A DNA stretch of 64,000 bases from a virus (IMGVR_UViG_3300006925_000007:48242-112241), one strand, 5' to 3'. Positions 46,001 to 56,715 are shown, counted from the stretch's first letter. Translations and numbers: made by a program. Notes: generated by a model from the letters alone, not told the origin.

Positions 46001-49000
46001 GGTGGTCAAATTTTCATTCATACTGATTTAAGTATTGTGCATGATGCCTTGTATGCCAACGATTCAATTAACATTACAAACGCATTAGCAACTACCGGAG
46101 AAGATTGGGATAACTTTAAAAATAGATTTAGAAGTCAAGTAGTTAGGTTATACGAAGCTAACACTTATAAAAGTATTAACGACTTAGTTGATGATACAAT
46201 TAAAGCAATTACAGTTACTAGACAGGGCGGAGAATTATTTAAAACATCTAACATGGTTTATACAAATAGTTCTCGATTAGAAAAATTTGTTTGGACAGAT
46301 ATCAATAACAATCCTAGAATATTTTTAAAAGATAATATTCACAGCGATGACAACATACAAGATCATGTTTATGTTTACTTGACAGACTGGAATGGAATCA
46401 AACTAGAAACTCGATTATTAATTAAGGATGTTGACTATAGGCAAGCAGGAAATTTAATTGAATTTACATTTCAGCCAATTGCAACACCAACTGAAGTTAA
46501 ACCAACAATTATAGTGCATCATCACGCAATGGATAATGCCTCATATGTTCCACCAAGTTTAACAAAACTTAAACTTACCTCTGGTATGATTCCAACATGG
46601 GACACTTCAACGAATACATTAATCGGACACGATGGAACACAGTGGAACTTAAGATCCACTGCAAAGTTAATTGATATGAACTCTGAATCATTTGATGTTA
46701 TAAATGCATGTCAGTTTGAATTAGAAAAAAGAATTTATTCAGGATTAGTTATTAGTGATCGTATTAATACAGATGACGCATGTGTTGAAAGTTTACAGTA
46801 TGGATTTACTTCTAAGTTTATACCAAACGCAACAAGAGAAACATGGTATACATTAGAAACAATTAATGATGCAATGTATAAATCATTCACGCAGTGGAAA
46901 GAAAAAAATAAACGTAGCGATATAAAAATTAATTATGATTCACTTGATGTAGATACTTGGAACTTTAGTTCGGTTGCACCGGGTGGTCGATTTGGAACTA
47001 ATAAACTTCCTGGTCAGTGGAAAGGTGCATACGAAGTTTTATTTGGAACAAGCACCCCACACTCAACACCGTGGCAAATGTTAGGATATGCATTTAAACC
47101 ATCATGGTGGTTTGCAAAATATAGCTGGACTGATGTAACAAAACGTGCTGCACTTATAAGTGCATTAAAACGTGGACAAGTATCAACTGACAGACAAGAC
47201 ATAGAATGGGCAAACCATATGTGGGATTGGGATAATCATTGCCCAGTTAATACATATGGCGCATTAGTGTCAATCGAAACAGTATTAGATCCTAACAACA
47301 ATATTACAAATGAAGGAAAGCAAAAACGTTTTACGTTTGGAGATTATGCAGGATTAGAAGCTGAATGGAGAAATAGTGCAAGCGGTAAAGCTGCATTAAT
47401 TGATGCAATTGTAAAATTAAATCCAACAAAAGCATCCAGTATATTCTATTCGCCTAGTTTACGAGTTACTAAAAAGCAACTAGATTATTTAAACAAAGAC
47501 AATTTAAATACTTACACAACATCTTCTATTGCAACACCAGGTAAAGTATATGGCAGAGTAGTTTCTGATGTTGAAATTAAAACAATTGATAGATTTTATA
47601 CAAATACATTTGTAAGATTAGTTGGAGCTGATAGTGTTGATGCTGAAGTTACATTAGCATTTGACAACAGACAATCAAGTTACCCAGAAATATTTGGCAC
47701 CGCAGGAGATGACGGTAAGCGTTATGTAGTTGGAGCAAGTTTATCACAGCGTGGTAGAAATCTAACAACACTGCCAGCAGTATATACTAATTTTAATCCA
47801 GCACAGATAGGAACTTCTACATTTACATTTAAAACAAAAGAAGTAGAACACGTAGCAAGCGGCATAGTTCAAGCACTATACAATTATACATTACGCAATA
47901 ATATTGATTATAATCTAGATAACTTACATACTAGAATTGACACACATTTATCAACTCAGTTACGTGGATTTAGTAGCAAACACTTGCTAGATTTTAAAAC
48001 ACAAACATATAACGATGCAAATCATACATTGAGTGAAAATGACTTTGCACTAGAAATGTATAAAAGCACACCAATTAACATTGCAATTGCAAGTTCGATA
48101 ACTGTTGAATGGTTAGAACCAGGTTGGAAAATTAGTGGCAACGGATATGGTAAACAAGAATTTAATTTCTTTGCACCAGACAATACAAACTCATCTTCGT
48201 TTAAAAATGTAGATATAGTAGGCACACAAGTTAGAAAATATAAAAAGTTTGCACCAACACATAGTATATTAGAATACAATGCAACACTTGACAAAATACA
48301 AGATGTATATTCATTTATACGAGGATACTATGCTTATTTAGAATCAATTGGATTTGAATTCCCATACAGCGGAGATAGTATAGCGGCTAGTTTTGCCAAA
48401 TGGGCATTGACTAATCCTAAAGAAAGCAAAACATTTGATTTAGGAAATAATTTTAAGTTTGCACCAACACACGGTAACGTTATGGAATTAAACACAGGTG
48501 TGTTTAAAGAAAATACAATAACTGATGCAACAAGCAATACAATTAATTCAGATAACTTACTAGTAGCTAGAGTAGATAATACATTAACATTAGAAACAAA
48601 AGATAATACAATGATTGGTTCGGCTGGATTTGTTGTAGTTGAATACGAACATATTGCATTATTAAATAACAAAACAAACTTTGGTGTTGTTGTGTATGAT
48701 AACGTAAAGAACATTATACAAGAGAAAATAAGATTTAGAGGACTAATAACAGATAAGTGGGACGGTAATAAACGAGCTCCAGGCTACTTAGTATTTGATG
48801 ATAAGATTGTTGAAAACTTTGATAGTAGCGTTCAGGCTGTAGATGATTATTATAAAACAGATGGAATAGATTTCAATCCTTCAGTTAGAAAATTAGAAGA
48901 TATTACAATTGGTAATTCAAATAACGAGCTTACAATCAGTGGCAATGAATTTGATTCAATAACTAAACGTAATTATTACCAAGGGTTAATTAAGCAACGA

Positions 49001-52000
49001 GGAACTTCCACAGGACTAGATAAAATTGAACGCAAGTTTATTGATGATAAGCTGGACATTAAAGTTCACGAACAGTATATGTTGTCTAGAAGTTACTTTG
49101 GTAATACCGATAAATTAAAAGCAGTAGAATTTACATTAGAAAATAATAGTTTTGAAACATCTCCACAAGCTATTAAGTTCTCTTCAGGAACAGTATATGA
49201 TGATGTTTTAGTTTATGCACCAGGTGATAAAAGGTTTGTTAATCCATTTGAAGTTGCAGCTAACTTTACTACTCAGCCTATTAAAGAAGTTGACATAAGT
49301 AATTTAACTGCTGGTTCATTATTAGACGCAGAAGCAAAATATAAAATAAACCTACTAAATGAAATTACAAATGTTTATGAACCAACATCAGATTATGCAA
49401 TAATTGAAACTTGGGCAGATAACAAAAGCTATAAATTAAATAACTTAGTAAGATACAGAGGTGCATTATATCAGTGTAACGTTGATAGCACGACTGTAAC
49501 TACGTCAACAGATGTCATTGAGCTAGTTGGTAGTAAATCACTTGCTCAATTTGATTACGACACATCAGTTATTATTGACGGAAGTGAAACAATATTAAGA
49601 ACTACATCAACAACTACCGATACAATTTCTGTCCTTGGCACCGAAACTAGCCCAGTTGTATTAGCACCAACACCAAGCACAACATTGACAATAGACGGTG
49701 TTTCAGTATCGTTAACTAATGTGCAAGAAGTTGATGTTGTTACTGGACCAGCATTATTAACTGGCAATGCAATTAACCCAGCATTTGATAGTAGTAATGG
49801 ATATGTCACTGGTAAAACAATTACAATAAATGGTTACGTAGTTGACTTTGATACAACTCCAGCAGATGTAATAGAAAACTTCACAGGTGTAGCGGCACAG
49901 CAAACATACACAATTAGTCAAGCACTAACTAGTTCAACATACAGTGTTGGCAGTGTTACAGTTGATGGAACAGCAAACACAGACTTTACAGTAAGTGGAC
50001 AAGACATTACATTTAATACTCCAACATTTGCAGGTGGCGAAGCTATTGTAGTAACACTAACTCATGTTGTGCTTGGAATGACTACAGCAGAAATTGTAAC
50101 TAAGATAAACGATACATTGACAGCAAGTGGTGTTAGCACAACAGCAGGTGTGGATGAGGCAATACTAGCAGACCTTACCGGCGATAATAGATTACGTATC
50201 AGATATTGGGCAACGGTTCAAACAAGTTTCTTAACTCTTTCAGCATCAACAACAAACTCAGTTTTAGGATTTCAAGATACAGGCGAGCAAGACTTGCCTA
50301 CAGCAGAAAAACAACAAATAGAACAAGATATGGATTTAGATGCAGTTGTAATCGCAATTAACAATACACCTGGACTTACATATATTTCTGCATCAAATGA
50401 GTCTAACCAGTTGAGATTAGTAAGTGCCGGCAGCAGAACAGAATTAACAATTGGTGGAAGTCAACGAACAGTATTAGGATTTAGTATTGACCCATATCAA
50501 GCTGGAACTAGCACAGTTCAAGCAAAAACCCCATTAAATCAAGCTGTAAACGATATACAGGCCAAATTGATTGCTGATGGTATTACAGGAGTCACAGTAT
50601 CAGATACAGGTAATTTTTTAAATATTACATCAACTAATTCAACACTTACATTACCAGCAAGTTCTACAGATCCTTTCTTAGTCCAAGCAGGCTTAACAAC
50701 ATCAACTGGAGTAATAAATCAACTATCAGATGATACACTAGAAAATACATTTGTATCAAATGAATGGACAAACATAAGCCACACAGATCCAGCATTGTTT
50801 AATATTTGGGTTGCTAACGATTCAGATTACGAAGTTAAAGGAATAAACGGTATTACAACAAAGCATTTTGGTTGGAATGTGTTACAAGTTCAAAACAAAG
50901 GATTATATACAGCAGATTTACAAAACAACGCAGAGGATGAATTTACAAAAAATGAGCCGTGTGGAATATGTGCAGGCGCAATGACTGCCGATGGAAACGA
51001 TGCACAAATAACAGTTCACATTAATCACGGATTAAAACTAGGCGATTATGTAATGGTGTTAAACACAACAACTATTCCTAATATTGATGGTATACACAAA
51101 GTTACAAAAATTAAAGACTCCACAACATTTTATATTGATGAATACATTGATAAGTGTGGATCATCTAGCTCTATAATGACATTGCGTCCAACAAGATTTG
51201 CATCAATAGAAGATAGAAATGCTGCATTACAAAGTGATAGTTGGAATGTTCCTCCTACAACTAATATATTTTCAGACTATGACAAAAAAGATAATGAAGG
51301 AAGAACAAGATCAATAAATGTATTTGAAACCACTTACTCAACAGATGGTGCAGGTTATATTGCAGGCACGTTATCACAGTCAACAGCATCTGAAGTAGAA
51401 GCTTCTCAAATACCGGCTAGAAGTCAATCAACTAGAATTACAAATACAGACCTAGACAATATTACAGTCTATGATTACGAAACTAATACACCTATGCTTG
51501 ATCTAGAATTATTTGATCCAATGCGTGGAATTATTCCAGGTGTTGCTGATGCAGAAATTGATATTAAGAGTGTGCATGATGTTGCAATATATAATACATC
51601 AACTGAAGAAGAATATGAAGCCGACGATGATAGTGCATGGGCAGATGCCGAAGTAGGTAAACGTTGGTGGGATACTAGTAAAGTAAGATACTACGATTAT
51701 GATCAGGGAGATATAAAAGATAAAACATCTAATTGGGCTAAACAATTTGTAGGTAGCGAAATTGCAATCTGGGAATGGACCAAGAGTTCAGTTGCACCAG
51801 ACGATTATACAAAGGCGGTTGCAAGTAATAAAGTGATGTTTGGTGTGCCAGCAAGTGGCACAGCTTATGCTGAATTTGACGTAGTAAAGAATCAAAATGA
51901 ATATTACTATACATTACGTAGTGAATGGAATGCAACCAATAGCAAATACGAAAGTGTTTATTATTTCTGGGTGCGTAACAAAGAAACAATTGGCTCTGCA

Positions 52001-54013
52001 GATAAAAACATTGTTATAAGCGAAGTAGAAAATATTATTACTGATCCAAGTGCAAACGGAATATATTGGTTCTCTGTAGTAGACAGCGATGCTATTATTA
52101 TATCAGACATTTGGGATTTTGTAAATAAAAAAGTTGTGCTACAATTAAATAAGAAAGTTGATAACAGTCATGCTCAATGGATACTTGTGGGCAGAGACAC
52201 AGATATTATACCCACGCATTGGTATACAGGATTAAAGAGTAACCTAGCATCTATAGACGAAGATGACTTACGTATTCCAGATTTCAACAAGCATGAGTAT
52301 GCAAGATACGGCGATGACAGAGCTAACAGACAAGCATGGTTTGATGATATTGCATCAGCTAGAAAAAATGCACTTGATATTATTAATAGATTACTTGTAT
52401 CAGTAAACGTATACAATGACTTTAAAACTAAATTCTTTCAATCAATTATCGACAATGGTATTCCTAATGATACATGGGAATGGACAGATTATATAGAACC
52501 AGAACATAATTTTTCTAACACATATACAAAAAATGTTACGAATATAGAAGAATTAGAATCACTTAATACAGACGAATACCAAACAGCTAGAATTGAAATA
52601 TTTAATGATGACAATGTTGATAGAACTGAATTCTATAGATACACAACAACTGGTTGGGTTTTAAGTAAAAAACGCAACGCAACTATTAACTGGATTGAAG
52701 AACGTCTTGCTAAATCTTATACCTGGGATATGGAACCATGGGATAGTGTAAACTGGAGCAGTGAAGCTATTGCTGATTGGTGGAAGGGTATTGTTCAAAT
52801 ACTAAGAGATGTATTATTTGTAAACGAACATACACATAAATTTAATAAGTTCTTCTTTGGAATGATTGACTATGCAATGTCAAGAACTAAACAAGTTGAA
52901 TGGGCAATGAAAACATCTTATATCAGACTAGAAGTCAAAAGTGATTTCAAAGAAGTCAAAAAATATAAGAAGGATATGCTGTCAACTATTGAAGGATATG
53001 TAAATGATGCTAAACCTTTCCATGTTAAAATAAGCGAGACAAGTAGAACATTCAATAAACAAGAAGAGGTTCCGCTTGCAATTACAGAAGAACACAACTC
53101 AGCAATTACAATTAAAGCAGATACAAGAGGCACTAACTTTAATGGACTTGTGCTTGATGCAAACAATGAATTAGAAAAAACTGTTACATTAGTTAACAAT
53201 GGAACAAACACTTATGTAATATCTAAAACTGATGCAGATATGACAGAATGGAACGCAACGTTAGTTAAGGACGGAGTAAGTGAATTAGTATTAGACACTG
53301 ATTATTTCTTAGTAGATCAAACGATAAGTTTTGCTTCAACACCATTGGGAACTGTTACAGTTACACTTGAATTTACTAATCCAATACAGTTAATAGGTGG
53401 CGATAGTCAAACAAACTTTATAGATATAAGTGGGGTAGGCGGATTTGCAATAGTAGATGGCGGAGACAGTTTACAGCCAGAGTATTATACATTAGCAAAT
53501 AATGGCAACAAAAATATATCAACTGACGCAGATATTAGACCACAAGAAACAGCAATAATTAAAGTGCAAACAAACAGATCAGGGTCAACTGATACAACTG
53601 AAACAAGAACATTTGCATATATGCTTGATATAAACAAGTATCAGCATGTATATGGAATGGAAGATGCAAAAACATCTACACTGTCAGCAGATCTTAATAT
53701 GAGTGACACAGTGTTAGCAGTTGCTGACCCAAGTAAATTTGCAACAGCAGAATTAGTATTAGTTAACAATGAAATAATACAAGTTCAAAACGTTGGCGGT
53801 GTAATTTATATTAAAAAACGTGGATTAAATCTAACATTTGCAAACAAACATACAACTGGCACAACCATTACTGATGTTACTGATAATGCATTACATTATG
53901 TAACTTCTTCAGCAGATAAAAGGTTTAATGACGATAACACAACAATTTTAGATAGTTCAACCTCAGCAGAAGCTATTATGTTGAACGGAATAGGAAAAGG
54001 AACTATACTATAA
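43001..54013 (+). CDS. Giant baseplate wedge/structural protein (3670 aa, gp7-position)
   Basis: Follows gp6; Trp/Tyr-rich; YVNDAKPFHVKI near the C-terminus resembles the KP-H motif of wedge proteins; internal beta-rich insertions. Confidence 0.65.
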   Translation: MSKKKSGSYKTPNIKSANLLPQVFNTDVNKKWLDSTLDQMISKGRLKNVEGYIGDKSGNNRSQGDVYLENGKLDPAIVITNTDNKLVDAITMDDIANAININFSEYNYNTAYATKSYSYRPPINIHKFVDYQNYAWVDQMPTYESIRTLDAATVGTVTSGSSYPANPSHGDYFALNDGVSTKTYQWDDNVKVWQPSGTTDAIYTRNNNNAGFTSVVNPVEMLTDQLSYTIIDNNNTFDLADQMLIKFVGDGWHSDSRTKTYLVTGTGKELKLINIYSWPMRQTLYPETTKTTVTVGGIWDKSKITDVDPNKSSSLYSPATTPSEMKGSYNVDANRLPIFDGFVFTNEESNKTQFIEGELISFSDSWSIIDPNGISQPILPDADYHKIWYTTVDNVTGDIDFILIVDAKQIGTNPGKWEQFIVPGTDETVWAKYKDRLEGFDTQNYDKSTVIFTEKDYQVIETDSPFRTAWSRNNKWTDIDTLKKVNELIYGGINIEALTDTKFIAKRPIIEFDGKLNMWQWANYSPDLGDSHWTGVIDFMVKPIGDYAPTESAGPVYSLDLSKVEIKGNQRIAFTEGDLSNKIWEVGSNGVLTEGISLTENNCAYVREALPDTEDKIWSNSDVFFDGTKWSTGQQRTTINQMPLFKLYTTGGLAVEQLEGGKFQGSRLFNYKIGTGTTDPELSIPLSYKDINGIGEYQFENYLFTETQFQSITSQFNKDTNYHRQIIGQNLFKVNDKLTNLYKQSEEISGAETLETYDVDSVSSDFTINTGHSSWRADRRIALHQQNKECVVTEIQNGVYLDKTNVDHTNIYVGKNIPVVFNNLLETGDVRFKTVAGVDIETTPQAGVTVTRSGNDITLSLTTYSSKIIIDPADATLTNDYTIIPLDNYDSIQHTVEVNGKQLSPNNYTINADTIVIPKEKLNVDDVVDLKYASNNNKNRTTNLSLPKTLKHNPNNEILKTFTMGETLTHWQDIITSTPGFEGDVFGVNNYDAINKQHYFGGQIFIHTDLSIVHDALYANDSINITNALATTGEDWDNFKNRFRSQVVRLYEANTYKSINDLVDDTIKAITVTRQGGELFKTSNMVYTNSSRLEKFVWTDINNNPRIFLKDNIHSDDNIQDHVYVYLTDWNGIKLETRLLIKDVDYRQAGNLIEFTFQPIATPTEVKPTIIVHHHAMDNASYVPPSLTKLKLTSGMIPTWDTSTNTLIGHDGTQWNLRSTAKLIDMNSESFDVINACQFELEKRIYSGLVISDRINTDDACVESLQYGFTSKFIPNATRETWYTLETINDAMYKSFTQWKEKNKRSDIKINYDSLDVDTWNFSSVAPGGRFGTNKLPGQWKGAYEVLFGTSTPHSTPWQMLGYAFKPSWWFAKYSWTDVTKRAALISALKRGQVSTDRQDIEWANHMWDWDNHCPVNTYGALVSIETVLDPNNNITNEGKQKRFTFGDYAGLEAEWRNSASGKAALIDAIVKLNPTKASSIFYSPSLRVTKKQLDYLNKDNLNTYTTSSIATPGKVYGRVVSDVEIKTIDRFYTNTFVRLVGADSVDAEVTLAFDNRQSSYPEIFGTAGDDGKRYVVGASLSQRGRNLTTLPAVYTNFNPAQIGTSTFTFKTKEVEHVASGIVQALYNYTLRNNIDYNLDNLHTRIDTHLSTQLRGFSSKHLLDFKTQTYNDANHTLSENDFALEMYKSTPINIAIASSITVEWLEPGWKISGNGYGKQEFNFFAPDNTNSSSFKNVDIVGTQVRKYKKFAPTHSILEYNATLDKIQDVYSFIRGYYAYLESIGFEFPYSGDSIAASFAKWALTNPKESKTFDLGNNFKFAPTHGNVMELNTGVFKENTITDATSNTINSDNLLVARVDNTLTLETKDNTMIGSAGFVVVEYEHIALLNNKTNFGVVVYDNVKNIIQEKIRFRGLITDKWDGNKRAPGYLVFDDKIVENFDSSVQAVDDYYKTDGIDFNPSVRKLEDITIGNSNNELTISGNEFDSITKRNYYQGLIKQRGTSTGLDKIERKFIDDKLDIKVHEQYMLSRSYFGNTDKLKAVEFTLENNSFETSPQAIKFSSGTVYDDVLVYAPGDKRFVNPFEVAANFTTQPIKEVDISNLTAGSLLDAEAKYKINLLNEITNVYEPTSDYAIIETWADNKSYKLNNLVRYRGALYQCNVDSTTVTTSTDVIELVGSKSLAQFDYDTSVIIDGSETILRTTSTTTDTISVLGTETSPVVLAPTPSTTLTIDGVSVSLTNVQEVDVVTGPALLTGNAINPAFDSSNGYVTGKTITINGYVVDFDTTPADVIENFTGVAAQQTYTISQALTSSTYSVGSVTVDGTANTDFTVSGQDITFNTPTFAGGEAIVVTLTHVVLGMTTAEIVTKINDTLTASGVSTTAGVDEAILADLTGDNRLRIRYWATVQTSFLTLSASTTNSVLGFQDTGEQDLPTAEKQQIEQDMDLDAVVIAINNTPGLTYISASNESNQLRLVSAGSRTELTIGGSQRTVLGFSIDPYQAGTSTVQAKTPLNQAVNDIQAKLIADGITGVTVSDTGNFLNITSTNSTLTLPASSTDPFLVQAGLTTSTGVINQLSDDTLENTFVSNEWTNISHTDPALFNIWVANDSDYEVKGINGITTKHFGWNVLQVQNKGLYTADLQNNAEDEFTKNEPCGICAGAMTADGNDAQITVHINHGLKLGDYVMVLNTTTIPNIDGIHKVTKIKDSTTFYIDEYIDKCGSSSSIMTLRPTRFASIEDRNAALQSDSWNVPPTTNIFSDYDKKDNEGRTRSINVFETTYSTDGAGYIAGTLSQSTASEVEASQIPARSQSTRITNTDLDNITVYDYETNTPMLDLELFDPMRGIIPGVADAEIDIKSVHDVAIYNTSTEEEYEADDDSAWADAEVGKRWWDTSKVRYYDYDQGDIKDKTSNWAKQFVGSEIAIWEWTKSSVAPDDYTKAVASNKVMFGVPASGTAYAEFDVVKNQNEYYYTLRSEWNATNSKYESVYYFWVRNKETIGSADKNIVISEVENIITDPSANGIYWFSVVDSDAIIISDIWDFVNKKVVLQLNKKVDNSHAQWILVGRDTDIIPTHWYTGLKSNLASIDEDDLRIPDFNKHEYARYGDDRANRQAWFDDIASARKNALDIINRLLVSVNVYNDFKTKFFQSIIDNGIPNDTWEWTDYIEPEHNFSNTYTKNVTNIEELESLNTDEYQTARIEIFNDDNVDRTEFYRYTTTGWVLSKKRNATINWIEERLAKSYTWDMEPWDSVNWSSEAIADWWKGIVQILRDVLFVNEHTHKFNKFFFGMIDYAMSRTKQVEWAMKTSYIRLEVKSDFKEVKKYKKDMLSTIEGYVNDAKPFHVKISETSRTFNKQEEVPLAITEEHNSAITIKADTRGTNFNGLVLDANNELEKTVTLVNNGTNTYVISKTDADMTEWNATLVKDGVSELVLDTDYFLVDQTISFASTPLGTVTVTLEFTNPIQLIGGDSQTNFIDISGVGGFAIVDGGDSLQPEYYTLANNGNKNISTDADIRPQETAIIKVQTNRSGSTDTTETRTFAYMLDINKYQHVYGMEDAKTSTLSADLNMSDTVLAVADPSKFATAELVLVNNEIIQVQNVGGVIYIKKRGLNLTFANKHTTGTTITDVTDNALHYVTSSADKRFNDDNTTILDSSTSAEAIMLNGIGKGTIL

Positions 54014-54031
54014 ATGCAAAAATACAATTGG

Positions 54032-54039
54032 CATAAATA
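54032..54039 (+). promoter_or_regulatory. Late promoter CATAAATA
   Basis: Upstream of AAGGAG and the ATG at 54065. Confidence 0.7.
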
Positions 54040-54064
54040 GTATATAAGGAGTAGGCGGACAGCA

Positions 54065-54655
54065 ATGAAAAACAATTATAACGAACAATCAAATATTTCA
54101 GTAGATGGTCACTGTGTAATTAAAGACATGGACACCGGTGAAGTATTATTAGACAAACATAATGCTATTAACTTTCAAAACTTTGCTTTTGCAGTTTCAA
54201 ACCTGCTTGCAAACAAATCAGTGAATGGTGAGCAGTTCTTCATTGAAGAGATGGCGTTTGGAAAAGGCGGCACTCTTATTGATGCTAATGGTAATATCAC
54301 TTATAGAAATCCACAAGTAGATGGTGTGCATGGCGCATTATACGAACCATTAGAACAACCAGCAGGAACTAATTTTTCGCTGGCAGTTGACAGTATTGAT
54401 GTAGTTGATGCAGAAAGTAATCCATATTCAGACATAACAGTAAAAGTTATACTCGATTATAACGAACCTGCATTACAACAAGCATCAGATAATGCAACAG
54501 ACTTTACAACTAACGATAATTTTGTTATTGATGAGATTGCACTTGTAACAGAAAGCGGATCATTCCTTACACATTTAATTTTTCATCCTATTCAAAAATC
54601 TAGCAATAGGAAAATAGAAATTCTGTATTCGCTTAGAATCAGAGCAGGAGTATAA
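54065..54655 (+). CDS. Baseplate/tail-fibre attachment-like structural protein
   Basis: 196 aa; EMAFGKGG, IDEIAL, LTHLIFHPIQKS..R.IEILY.LRI. Confidence 0.55.
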   Translation: MKNNYNEQSNISVDGHCVIKDMDTGEVLLDKHNAINFQNFAFAVSNLLANKSVNGEQFFIEEMAFGKGGTLIDANGNITYRNPQVDGVHGALYEPLEQPAGTNFSLAVDSIDVVDAESNPYSDITVKVILDYNEPALQQASDNATDFTTNDNFVIDEIALVTESGSFLTHLIFHPIQKSSNRKIEILYSLRIRAGV

Positions 54656-54658
54656 AAA

Positions 54659-55543
54659 ATGGCATACACAATTAACAGACTTAATAAGCTAACAGCTACA
54701 GACATAACAGTAGAATACGGCACCCTTAATACAGAAACCGACTTACAACTTGTTGGTAAAGATTATTTTGGATATGGTCAAGCAGTAGCTCAAAACTTTG
54801 TAGACCTATTAGAAAATTTTGCAAAAGAAACAACAGAACCAGCTAACGCAACAGCAGGTCAATTATGGTATCATGATGCAGCATCTACACTTAAAGTATA
54901 TGATGGAGCCAACTGGAATGGAACAACATTCAATCAGAAATCAATTAAAGATACATCAAATAATCCACATGATGTATTTGTAGTTGAATCCGAAGGGACA
55001 CCAATTGCAGCATTTAGCAATGCTAAATTTACAATTCATGCAAGTGAGTCAGATTACCACAATGCTTTATTTCCAGGTAACGAAATAGAAGTAGGAATAA
55101 CACTAGGCACAGGCATGAAAATGCACGGAACGGCAACTACAGCAGAATACGCCGACCTTGCAGAACTTTACACAAGTGATGCAGAGTATGAAGCAGGCAC
55201 AGTTGTTAAAATTGGCGGCGAAGCTGAAGTAACACAAACAACAATTGAATACTGTCCAGAAGTATTTGGTATTATATCAAGTAACCCAGCATACTTAATG
55301 AACAGTGGCGCAGAAGGCACCACAGTTCCAGTAGCACTAGAAGGTAGAGTTCCTTGCAAAGTTATTGGCGAAGTTCATAAGGGACAACGTTTAATTGCAA
55401 GTGATACACCAGGTGTAGCTAGAGCAGTAACAGATTACGAAAAAGAAGTAGGCATGGATTGGTTCCGTGTAGTGGGCAGAGCATTAGAGAATAAAGACAC
55501 ATTAGGCGTTGGATTAGTTGAAGTAGTAGTTGGGGTAAAGTAA
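54659..55543 (+). CDS. Short tail fibre/baseplate protein with C-terminal autoproteolytic chaperone (Peptidase G2-like)
   Basis: LVGKDYFGYG..VAQNFVDLLENFA...GQLWY N-terminal module; YADLAELY...FGIISSNPAYLMN...VALEGRVPCKV...PGVA C-terminal module. Confidence 0.7.
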   Translation: MAYTINRLNKLTATDITVEYGTLNTETDLQLVGKDYFGYGQAVAQNFVDLLENFAKETTEPANATAGQLWYHDAASTLKVYDGANWNGTTFNQKSIKDTSNNPHDVFVVESEGTPIAAFSNAKFTIHASESDYHNALFPGNEIEVGITLGTGMKMHGTATTAEYADLAELYTSDAEYEAGTVVKIGGEAEVTQTTIEYCPEVFGIISSNPAYLMNSGAEGTTVPVALEGRVPCKVIGEVHKGQRLIASDTPGVARAVTDYEKEVGMDWFRVVGRALENKDTLGVGLVEVVVGVK

Positions 55544-55544
55544 T

Positions 55545-56648
55545 ATGCCTGTTAGTGGATTACAAGCTGGTGAGAATATTACTGCCACACAGTTTAACGA
55601 GTTAGTTAGCTTATACAATGCTTTCTGGCAAGGCGGCTCATATTCATACGACACAAATCATTCTAGTGAATTTCCTAGAAGAAAAGGCTGGGGACAACCA
55701 GCGGTTATACCAACTGTAGCACAATCTACAACAATTACAGCAGAACATACAAATTATTTACTTGCACAGATTAACGCAGGACTATGGCACATTGAAGAAG
55801 ATGTTGCTTCTCTACAAGTTAAACGTTCATCTTCAACTTCAATATCAGCAACTTTATATACTCAATTAGAGAATGTATACGACAACGTTATAGAACCAAA
55901 GAAGTTTAATATAGACCCTTCTTCAAAAAATGTTAATACTGCTATTGTTACTACATCAAACAGTAGCACACCTTGGCCAGACGATTTGTATAGTGAACAT
56001 AAATTTGTATTCACAGATTACAACAAAGCTAGACACTTTTTTAATAGTGGCGGAGAATTAATTATTGATATGTCTTCTACTGTTGGTGGCACAAACCCAC
56101 CATCATTGGCATGGAATTCATTCTTTGAAAACTTAGGTATTGTCCGAGTAGGTGCAGAAACTACAACCAATGACGGTGACGGCGAAGGCGATGGACCTTA
56201 TAGTAGTCTTGGTGGTGCAAAAGGCTTTTATAGTTTAACTGGCGTTGATAATGGAACAACTCCTACAACTAATGATTGGGTAATAGTATACAATGTTGCT
56301 GCAGATGATTATGTTGAAAGTGCATATTCTAATGGTGGTTATAATTCACCAGGTGGTATATATTCACAACGAAGATTTCAAATTGAGCTAAGAGGAACTC
56401 TTAACACTAATCCAAATCAATTTGAAATACATGTAAAAATAAAACTTACCGAAGACGATGAAGATGGATCATCTATCAATACAAATATTGTAGGTGAGTT
56501 TGGATTCTCACAACCATTAAACACACCAGAGCCAAGTGAATCATCAGCACACGATTATTTCTCACCAGCAACTGGTGTAGACTATATATTTACAGAGCGT
56601 ACCGCTCCACTCATATCTCAAGTAACTCCATGGACGGCTGTTAGCTAA
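55545..56648 (+). CDS. Virion structural protein (hypothetical)
   Basis: 367 aa; GWGQ and ARHFFNSGG motifs; last gene of the tail block. Confidence 0.55.
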   Translation: MPVSGLQAGENITATQFNELVSLYNAFWQGGSYSYDTNHSSEFPRRKGWGQPAVIPTVAQSTTITAEHTNYLLAQINAGLWHIEEDVASLQVKRSSSTSISATLYTQLENVYDNVIEPKKFNIDPSSKNVNTAIVTTSNSSTPWPDDLYSEHKFVFTDYNKARHFFNSGGELIIDMSSTVGGTNPPSLAWNSFFENLGIVRVGAETTTNDGDGEGDGPYSSLGGAKGFYSLTGVDNGTTPTTNDWVIVYNVAADDYVESAYSNGGYNSPGGIYSQRRFQIELRGTLNTNPNQFEIHVKIKLTEDDEDGSSINTNIVGEFGFSQPLNTPEPSESSAHDYFSPATGVDYIFTERTAPLISQVTPWTAVS

Positions 56649-56677
56649 CCGTTACAATTACCGACGTCTACGTCGAT

Positions 56678-56715
56678 AATAAATACTTGACAAAACCCCA
56701 CAATTAGCGTATTAT
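56678..56715 (+). promoter_or_regulatory. sigma70 promoter TTGACA-N17-TATTAT preceded by a late-like AATAAATA
   Basis: AATAAATA 56678-56685, -35 at 56687-56692, -10 at 56710-56715, AGGAG RBS before 56741; CGACGT-ct-ACGTCG palindrome at 56662-56675. Confidence 0.7.
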
